This document shows positions 1-11,250 of a DNA stretch of 64,000 nucleotides, in pieces; within the stretch, counting starts at the first letter, position 1; the number at the start of each line of letters is the position of its first letter. The DNA is taken from NCBI RefSeq assembly GCF_009914755.1, contig NC_060925.1; one strand, 5' to 3'. Source of the stretch: the human T2T-CHM13v2.0 reference genome, Homo sapiens. The notes under the pieces were generated by a model that made no database searches, was not told the DNA's origin, and saw only the letters and a program-made list of their open reading frames with translations. The translations under genes and the position numbers were made by a program.

Positions 1-1199
1 TCATCGAATTAATTGAATGCAATCATCGAATGGTCTCGAATGGAATCATCTTCTAATGGAAAGGAATGGAATCATCGCATAGAATCGAATGGAATTATCA
101 TCGAATGGAATCGAATGGTATCAACACCAAACGGAAAAAAACGGAATTATCGAATGGAATCGAAGAGAATCTTCGAACGGACCCGAATGGAATCATCTAA
201 TGGAATGGAATGGAATAATCCATGGACTCGAATGCAATCATCATCGAATGGAATCGAATGGAATCATCCAATGGACTCGAATGGAATAATCATTGAACGG
301 AATCGAATGGAATCATCATCGGATGGAAACGAATGGAATCATCATCGAATGGAAATGAAAGGAGTCATCATCTAATGGAATTGCATGGAATCATCATCAA
401 ATGGAATCGAATGGAATCAACATCAAATGGAATCAAATGGAATCATTGAACGGAATTGAATGGAATCGTCATCGAATGAATTGAATGCAATCATCGAATG
501 GTCTCGAATGGAATCATCTTCAAATGGAATGGAATGGAATCATCGCATAGAATCGAATGGAATTATCATCGAATGGAATCGAATGGAATCAACATCAAAC
601 GGAAAAAAACGGAATTATCGAATGGAATCGAAGAGAATCATCGAATGGACCCGAATGGAATCATCTAATGGAATGGAATGGAATAATCCATGGACTCGAA
701 TGCAATCATCATCGAATGGAATCGAATGGAATCATCGAAAGGACTCGAATGGAATAACCATTGAACGGAATCGAATGGAATCATCATCGGATGGAAATGA
801 ATGGAATCATCATCGAATGGAATCGAATAGAATTATGGAATGAAATCCAGTGTGATCATCATCGAATGGACCCGAATGGAATCATCATCCAACGGAAGCT
901 AATGGAATCAACATCGAATGAATCGAATGGAAACACCATCGAATTGAAACGAATGGAATTATCATGAAATTGAAATGGATGGACTCATCATCGAATGGAT
1001 TCGAGTGGAATCATCGAATAAAATTGATTGAAATCATCATCGAATGGAATCGAATGGTATCATTGAATGGAATCGAATGGAATCATCATCAGATGGAAAT
1101 GAATGGAATCGTCATAGAATGGAATCGAATGGATTCATTGAATGGAATCAGATGGAATCATTGAATGGACTGGAATGGAATCATTGAATGGACTCGAAA

Positions 1200-4100
1200 G
1201 GGATCATTATTGAATGGAATTGAATGGAATCATCGAATGGTCTCGATTGGAATCATTATCAAATGGAATCGAATGGAATCACCGAATAGAATCGAATGGA
1301 ACAATCATCGAATGGACTCCAATGGAATTATCCTCAAATGGAATCGAATGGAATTATCGAATGCAATCGAATGGAATTCTCGAATGCAATCGAATAGAAT
1401 CATCGAATGGACTCGAATGGAATCATCGAATGGAATGGAATGGAACAGTCAATGAACTCGAATGGAATCATCATTGAATGGAATCGAATGGAATCATCGA
1501 GTGGAATCGAATGGAATTATGATCAAATGGAATCGAATGTAATCATCATCAAATGGAATCAAAAATAACCATCATCAATTGGTATTGAATGGAATTGTCA
1601 TCAAATGGAATTTAAAGGAATCATCATCAAATGGAACCGAATGGAATCCTCATTGAATGGAAATGAAAGGGGTCATCATCTAATGGAATCGCATGGAATC
1701 ATCATCAAATGGAATCGAATGGAATCATCATCAAATGGAATCTAATGGAATCATTGAAAGAATTGAATGGAATCATCATCGAATTAATTGAATGCAATCA
1801 TCGAATGGTCTCGAATGGAATCATCTTCTAATGGAAAGGAATGGAATCATCGCATAGAATCGAATGGAATTATCATCGAATGGAATCGAATGGTATCAAC
1901 ACCAAACGGAAAAAAACGGAATTATCGAATGGAATCGAAGAGAATCTTCGAACGGACCCGAATGGAATCATCTAATGGAATGGAATGGAATAATCCATGG
2001 ACTCGAATGCAATCATCATCGAATGGAATCGAATGGAATCATCCAATGGACTCGAATGGAATAATCATTGAACGGAATCGAATGGAATCATCATCGGATG
2101 GAAACGAATGGAATCATCATCGAATGGAAATGAAAGGAGTCATCATCTAATGGAATTGCATGGAATCATCATCAAATGGAATCGAATGGAATCAACATCA
2201 AATGGAATCAAATGGAATCATTGAACGGAATTGAATGGAATCGTCATCGAATGAATTGAATGCAATCATCGAATGGTGTCGAATGGAATCATCTTCAAAT
2301 GGAATGGAATGGAATCATCGCATAGAATCGAATGGAATTATCATCGAATGGAATCGAATGGAATCAACATCAAACGGAAAAAAACGGAATTATCGAATGG
2401 AATCGAAGAGAATCATCGAATGGACCCGAATGGAATCATCTAATGGAATGGAATGGAATAATCCATGGACTCGAATGCAATCATCATCGAATGCAATCGA
2501 ATGGAATCATCGAATGGACTCGAATGGAATAATCATTGAACGGAATCGAATGGAATCATCATCGGATGGAAACGAATGGAATCATCATCGAATGGAATCG
2601 AATAGAATTATGGAATGAAATCCAGTGTGATCATCATCGAATGGACCCGAATGGAATCATCATCCAACGGAAGCTAATGGAATCAACATCGAATGAATCG
2701 AAAGGAAACACCATCGAATTGAAACGAATGGAATTACCATGAAATTGAAATGGATGGACTCATCATCAAATGGATTCGAGTGGAATCATCGAATAAAATT
2801 GATTGAAATCATCATCGAATGGTATCGAATGGTATCATTGAATGGAATCGAATGGAATCATCATCAGATGGAAATGAATGGAATCGTCATAGAATGGGAT
2901 CGAATGGATTCATTGAATGGAATCAGATGGAATCATTGAATGGACTGGAATGGAATCATTGAATGGACTCGAAAGGGATCATTATTGAATGGAATTGAAT
3001 GGAATCATCGAATGGTCTCGATAGGAATCATTATCAAATGGAATCGAATGGAATCACCGAATAGAATCGAATGGAACAATCATCGAATGGACTCAAATGG
3101 AATTATCCTCTAATGGAATCGAATGGAATTATCGAATGTAATCGAATGGAATTATCGAATGCAATCGAATAGAATCATCGAATGGACTCGAATGGAATCA
3201 TCGAATGGAATGGAATGGAACAGTCAATGAACTCGAATGGAATCATCATTGAATGGAATCGAATGGAATCATCGAGTGGAATCGAATGTAATCATCATCA
3301 AATGGAATCAAAAATAACCATCATCAAATGGAATCAAAAATAACCATCATCAATTGGTGTTGAATGGAATTCTCATCAAATGGAATTCAAAGAAATCATC
3401 ATCAAATGGAACCGAATGGAATCCTCATTGAATGGAAATGAAAGGGGTCATCATCTAATGGAATCGCATGGAATCATCATAAAATGGAATCGAATGGAAT
3501 CAACATCAAATGGAATCAAATGGAATCATTGAACGGAATTGAATGGAATCGTCATCGAAAGAATTGAATGCAATCATCGAATGGTCTCGAATGGAATCAT
3601 CTTCAAATGGAATGGAATGGAATCATCGCATAGAATCGAAAGGAATTATCATCGAATGGAATCGAATGGAATCAACACCAAACGGAAAAAAACGGAATTA
3701 TCGAATGGAATCGAAGAGAATCATCGAATGGACCCGAATGGAATCATCTAATGGAATGGAATGGAATAATCCATGGACTCGAATGCAATCATCATCGAAT
3801 GCAATCGAATGGAATCATCGAATGGACTCGAATGGAATAATCATTGAACGGAATCGAATGGAATCATCATCGGATGGAAACGAATGGAATCATCATCGAA
3901 TGGAATCGAATAGAATTATGGAATGAAATCCAGTGTGATCATCATCGAATGGACCCGAATGGAATCATCATCCAACGGAAGCTAATGGAATCAACATCGA
4001 ATGAATCGAAAGGAAACACCATCGAATTGAAACGAATGGAATTACCATGAAATTGAAATGGATGGACTCATCATCAAATGGATTCGTATGGAATCATCGA

Positions 4101-7100
4101 ATAAAATTGATTGAAATCATCATCGAATGGAATCGAATGGTATCATTGAATGGAATCGAATGGAATCATCATCAGATGGAAATGAATGGAATCGTCATAG
4201 AATGGGATCGAATGGATTCATTGAATGGAATCAGATGGAATCATTGAATGGACTGGAATGGAATCATTGAATGGACTCGAAAGGGATCATTATTGAATGG
4301 AATTGAATGGAATCATCGAATGGTCTCGATAGGAATCATTATCAAATGGAATCGAATGGAATCACCGAATAGAATCGAATGGAACAATCATCGAATGGAC
4401 TCAAATGGAATTATCCTCTAATGGAATCGAATGGAATTATCGAATGTAATCGAATGGAATTATCGAATGCAATCGAATAGAATCATCGAATGGACTCGAA
4501 TGGAATCATCGAATGGAATGGAATGGAACAGTCAATGAACTCGAATGGAATCATCATTGAATGGAATCGAATGGAATCATCGAGTGGAATCGAATGGAAT
4601 TATGATCAAATGGAATCGAATGTAATCATCATCAAATGGAATCAAAAATAACCATCATCAATTGGTATTGAATGGAAATGTCATCAAATGGAATTCAAAG
4701 GAATCATCATCAAATGGAACTGAATGGAATCCTCATTGAATGGAAATGAAAGGGGTCATCATCTAATGGAATCGCATGGAATCATCATCAAATGGAATCG
4801 AATGGAATCATCATCAAATGGAATCTGATGGAATCATTGAACAGAATTGAATGGAATCGTCATTGAATGAATTGAATGCAATCATCGAATGGTCTCGAAT
4901 GTAATCACATTCTAATGGAAAGGAATGGAATCATCGCATAGAATCGAATGGAATTAACATTGAATGGACTCGAATGGAATCAACATCAAACGGAATCAAG
5001 CGGAATTATCGAATGGAATCGAAGAGAATCATCGAATGGTCTCGAATGGAATCATCTTCTAATGGAAAGGAATGGAATCATCGCATAGAATCGAATGGAA
5101 TTAACATTGAATGGACTCGAATGGAATCAACATCAAATGGAATCAAGCGGAATTATCGAATGAAATCGAAGAGAATCATCGAATGGACTCGAATGGAATC
5201 ATCTAATGGAATGGAATGGAATAATCCACGGACTCGAATGCAATAATCATCGTTTAGTATCGAATGGAATCATCGAAAGGACTCGAATGGAATAACCATT
5301 GAACGGAATCGAATGGAATCATCATCGGATGGAAACGAATGGAATCATCATCGAATGGAAATGAAAGGAGTCATCATCTAATGGAATTGCATGGAATCAT
5401 CATAAAATGGAATCGAATGGAATCATCATCAAATGGAATCAAATGGAATCATTGAACGGAATTGAATGGAATCGTCATCGAATGAATTGAATGCAATCAT
5501 CGAATGGTCTCGAATGGAATCATCTTCAAATGGAATGGAATGGAATCATCGCATAGAATCGAATGGAATTATCATCGAATGGAATCGAATGGTATCAACA
5601 TCAAACGGAAAAAAACGGAATTATCGAATGGAATCAAAGAGAATCTTCGAACGGACCCGAATGGAATCATCTAATGGAATGGAATGGAATAATCCATGGA
5701 CCCGAATGCAATCATCATCGAATGGAATCGAATGGAATCATTGAAAGGACTCGAATGGAATAACCATTGAACGGAATCGAATGGAATCATCATCGGATGG
5801 AAATGAATGGAATCATCATCGAATGGAATCGAATAGAATTAAGGAATGAAATCCAGTGTGATCATCATCGAATGGACCCGAATGGAATCATCATCCAACG
5901 GAAGCTAATGGAATCAACATCGAATGAATCGAATGGAAACACCATCGAATTGAAACGAATGGAATACCATGAAATTGAAATGGATGGACTCATCATCGAA
6001 TGGATTCGAATGGAATCATCGAATAAAATTGATTGAAATCATCATCGAATGGAATCGAATGGTATCATTGAATGGAATCGAATGGAATCATCATCAGATG
6101 GAAATGAATGGAATCGTCATAGAATGGAATCGAATGGATTCATTGAATGGAATCAGATGGAATCATCGAATGGACTGGAATGGAATCATTGAATGGACTC
6201 GAAAGGGATCATTATTGAATGGAATTGAATGGAATCATCGAATGGTCTCGATTGGAATCATTATCAAATGGAATCGAATGGAATCACCGAATAGAATCGA
6301 ATGGAACAATCATCGAATGGACTCAAATGGAATTATCCTCAAATGGAATCGAATGGAAATATCGCATGGAATTATCGAATGCAATCGAATGGAATTATCG
6401 AATGCAATCGAATAGAATCATCGAATGGACTCGAATGGAATCATCGAATGGAATGGAATGGAATGGAACAGTCAATGAACTCGAATGGAATCATCATTGA
6501 ATGGAATCGAATGGAATCATCGAGTGGAATCGAATGGAATTATGATCAAATGGAATCGAATGTAATCATCATCAAATGGAATCAAAAATAACCATCATCA
6601 ATTGGTATTGAATGGAATTGTCATCAAATGGAATTTAAAGGAATCATCATCAAATGGAACCGAATGGAATCCTCATTGAATGGAAATGAAAGGGGTCATC
6701 ATCTAATGGAATCGCATGGAATCATCATCAAATGGAATCGAATGGAATCATCATCAAATGGAATCCAATGGAATCATTGAAAGAATTGAATGGAATGGTC
6801 ATCGAATGAATTGAATGCAATCATCGAATGGTCTCGAATGGAATCATCTTCTAATGGAAAGGAATGGAATCATCGCATAGAATCGAATGGAATTATCATC
6901 GAATGGAATCGAATGGTATCAACACCAAACGGAAAAAAACGGAATTATCGAATGGAATCGAAGAGAATCTTCGAACGGACCCGAATGGAATCATCTAATG
7001 GAATGGAATGGAATAATCCATGGACTCGAATGCAATCATCATCGAATGGAATCGAATGGAATCATCGAATGGACTCGAATGGAATAATCATTGAACGGAA

Positions 7101-10100
7101 TCGAATGGAATCATCATCGGATGGAAACGAATGGAATCATCATCGAATGGAAATGAAAGGAGTCATCATCTAATGGAATTGCATGGAATCATCATCAAAT
7201 GGAATCGAATGGAATCAACATCAAATGGAATCAAATGGAATCATTGAACGGAATTGAATGGAATCGTCATCGAATGAATTGAATGCAATCATCGAATGGT
7301 CTCGAAAGGAATCATCTTCAAATGGAATGGAATGGAATCATCGCATAGAATCGAATGGAATTATCATCGAATGGAATCGAATGGAATCAACATCAAACGG
7401 AAAAAAACGGAATTATCGAATGGAATCGAAGAGAATCATCGAATGGACCCGAATGGAATCATCTAATGGAATGGAATGGAATAATCCATGGACTCGAATG
7501 CAATCATCATCGAATGGAATCGAATGGAATCATCGAATGGACTCGAATGGAATAATCATGGAACGGAATCGAATGGAATCATCATCGGATGGAAATGAAT
7601 GGAATCATCATCGAATGGAATCGAATAGAATTATGGAATGAAATCCAGTGTGATCATCATCGAATGGACCCGAATGGAATCATCATCCAACGGAAGCTAA
7701 TGGAATCAACATCGAATGAATCGAATGGAAACACCATCGAATTGAAACGAATGGATTTACCATGAAATTGAAATGGATGGACTCATCATCGAATGGATTC
7801 GAGTGGAATCATCGAATAAAATTGATTGAAATCATCATCGAATGTTATCGAATGGTATCATTGAATGGAATCGAATGGAATCATCATCAGATGGAAATGA
7901 AAGGAATCGTCATAGAATGGAATCGAATGGATTCATTTAATGGAATCAGATGGAATCTTCGAATGGACTGGAATGGAATCATTGAATGGACTCGAAAGGG
8001 ATCATTATTGAATGGAATTGAATGGAATCATCGAATGGTCTCGATTGGAATCATTATCAAATGGAATCGAATGGAATCACCGAATAGAATCGAATGGAAC
8101 AATCATCGAATGGACTCCAATGGAATTATCCTCAAATGGAATCGAATGGAATTATCGAATGCAATCGAATGGAATTCTCGAATGCAATCGAATAGAATCA
8201 TCGAATGGACTCGAATGGAATCATCGAATGGAATGGAATGGAACAGTCAATGAACTCGAATGGAATCATCATTGAATGGAATCGAATGGAATCATCGAGG
8301 GGAATCGAATGGAATTATGATCAAATGGAATCGAATGTAATCATCATCAAATGGAATCAAAAATAACCATCATCAATTGGTATTGAATGGAATTGTCATC
8401 AAACGGAATTTAAAGGAATCATCATCAAATGGAACCGAATGGAATCCTCATTGAATGGAAATGAAAGGGGTCATCATCTAATGGAATCGCATGGAATCAT
8501 CATCAAATGGAATCGAATGGAATCATCATCAAATGGAATCTAATGGAATCATTGAAAGAATTGAATGGAATCATCATCGAATTAATTGAATGCAATCATC
8601 GAATGGTCTCGAATGGAATCATCTTCTAATGGAAAGGAATGGAATCATCGCATAGAATCGAATGGAATTATCATCGAATGGAATCGAATGGTATCAACAC
8701 CAAACGGAAAAAAACGGAATTATCGAATGGAATCGAAGAGAATCTTCGAACGGACCCGAATGGAATCATCTAATGGAATGGAATGGAATAATCCATGGAC
8801 TCGAATGCAATCATCATCGAATGGAATCGAATGGAATCATCCAATGGACTCGAATGGAATAATCATTGAACGGAATCGAATGGAATCATCATCGGATGGA
8901 AACGAATGGAATCATCATCGAATGGAAATGAAAGGAGTCATCATCTAATGGAATTGCATGGAATCATCATCAAATGGAATCGAATGGAATCAACATCAAA
9001 TGGAATCAAATGGAATCATTGAACGGAATTGAATGGAATCGTCATCGAATGAATTAAATGCAATCATCGAATGGTGTCGAATGGAATCATCTTCAAATGG
9101 AATGGAATGGAATCATCGCATAGAATCGAATGGAATTATCATCGAATGGAATCGAATGGAATCAACATCAAACGGAAAAAAACGGAATTATCGAATGGAA
9201 TCGAAGAGAATCATCGAATGGACCCGAATGGAATCATCTAATGGAATGGAATGGAATAATCCATGGACTCGAATGCAATCATCATCGAATGGAATCCAAT
9301 GGAATCATCGAATGGACTCGAATGGAATAATCATTGAACGGAATCGAATGGAATCATCATCGGATGGAAATGAATGGAATCATCATCGAATGGAATCGAA
9401 TAGAATTATGGAATGAAATCCAGTGTGATCATCATCGAATGGACCCGAATGGAATCATCATCCAACGGAAGCTAATGGAATCAACATCGAATGAATCAAA
9501 TGGAAACACCATCGAATTGAAACGAATGGATTTACCATGAAATTGAAATGGATGGACTCATCATCAAATGGATTCGAGTGGAATCATCGAATAAAATTGA
9601 TTGAAATCATCATCGAATGTTATCGAATGGTATCATTGAATGGAATCGAATGGAATCATCATCAGATGGAAATGAAAGGAATCGTCATAGAATGGAATCG
9701 AATGGATTCATTGAATGGAATCAGATGGAATCTTCGAATGGACTGGAATGGAATCATTGAATGGATTCGAAAGGGATCATTATTGAATGGAATTGAATGG
9801 AATCATCGAATGGTCTCGATTGGAATCATTATCAAATGGAATCGAATGGAATCACCGAATAGAATCGAATGGAACAATCATCAAATGTACTCAAATGGAA
9901 TTATCCTCAAATGGAATTGAATGGAATTATCGAATGCAATCGAATGGAATTATCGAATGCAATCGAATAGAATCATCGAATGGACTCGAATGGAATCATC
10001 GAATGGAATGGAATGGAACAGTCAATGAACTCGAATGGAATCATCATTGAATGGAATCGAATGGAATCATCGAGTGGAATCGAATGTAATCATCATCAAA

Positions 10101-11250
10101 TGGAATCAAAAATAACCATCATCAAATGGAATCAAAAATAACCATCATCAATTGGTGTTGAATGGAATTCTCATCAAATGGAATTCAAAGAAATCATCAT
10201 CAAATGGAACCGAATGGAATCCTCATTGAATGGAAATGAAAGGGGTCATCATCTAATGGAATCGCATGGAATCATCATAAAATGGAATCGAATGGAATCA
10301 ACATCAAATGGAATCAAATGGAATCATTGAACGGAATTGAATGGAATCGTCATCGAAAGAATTGAATGCAATCATCGAATGGTCTCGAATGGAATCATCT
10401 TCAAATGGAATGGAATGGAATCATCGCATAGAATCGAAAGGAATTATCATCGAATGGAATCGAATGGAATCAACACCAAACGGAAAAAAACGGAATTATC
10501 GAATGGAATCGAAGAGAATCATCGAATGGACCCGAATGGAATCATCTAATGGAATGGAATGGAATAATCCATGGACTCGAATGCAATCATCATCGAATGC
10601 AATCGAATGGAATCATCGAATGGACTCGAATGGAATAATCATTGAACGGAATCGAATGGAATCATCATCGGATGGAAACGAATGGAATCATCATCGAATG
10701 GAATCGAATAGAATTATGGAATGAAATCCAGTGTGATCATCATCGAATGGACCCGAATGGAATCATCATCCAACGGAAGCTAATGGAATCAACATCGAAT
10801 GAATCGAAAGGAAACACCATCGAATTGAAACGAATGGAATTACCATGAAATTGAAATGGATGGACTCATCATCAAATGGATTCGTATGGAATCATCGAAT
10901 AAAATTGATTGAAATCATCATCGAATGGAATCGAATGGTATCATTGAATGGAATCGAATGGAATCATCATCAGATGGAAATGAATGGAATCGTCATAGAA
11001 TGGGATCGAATGGATTCATTGAATGGAATCAGATGGAATCATTGAATGGACTGGAATGGAATCATTGAATGGACTCGAAAGGGATCATTATTGAATGGAA
11101 TTGAATGGAATCATCGAATGGTCTCGATAGGAATCATTATCAAATGGAATCGAATGGAATCACCGAATAGAATCGAATGGAACAATCATCGAATGGACTC
11201 ATATGGAATTATCCTCTAATGGAATCGAATGGAATTATCGAATGTAATCG
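1200..11250 (+). repeat. Block duplication with 6,798-bp offset (about 1200-4450 and 8000-11250)
   Basis: Anchors 1214/8012, 1788/8586, 2235/9033, 3543/10341, 4047/10845 share rare variants (ggactccaat, gaatttaaagg, gaattaattg, ggtgtcga, atcgaaagaattg, ttcgtatgg). Ends approximate. Confidence 0.8.
4880..5173 (+). repeat. 147-bp tandem duplication inside a variant A subunit (also at about 13453, 18045, 22637, 31718, 35417)
   Basis: 'atcatcgaatggtctcgaatg' at 4881 and 5028; the 49-codon repeat MESTSNGIKRNYRM... in ORFs 4974, 13547, 18139, 22731, 31812, 35511; monomer lengths 1922-1927. Confidence 0.93.

Noticed and set aside
165-180. Heat-shock element-like GAAtcTTC in A subunits
   Set aside because: Only two inverted nGAAn units; the third needed for a canonical HSF1 trimer site is missing.
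841-858. Apparently invariant landmark tgaaatccagtgtgatca as a selected protein-binding box
   Set aside because: With such low divergence between monomers, an invariant 18-mer with no CpG is expected by chance. It is useful as a marker only.
1608-1616. EcoRI site loss (gaatttaaa at about 1608, 6631, 8406) and gains (gaattctc)
   Set aside because: Ordinary point variants that only alter restriction ladders.
4880-5026. 147-bp duplication equals the nucleosome core length; 882 = 6 x 147
   Set aside because: 147 is also 3 x (23+26), the satellite's own periodicity, and each is a single ancestral event, so a nucleosomal cause is unsupported.
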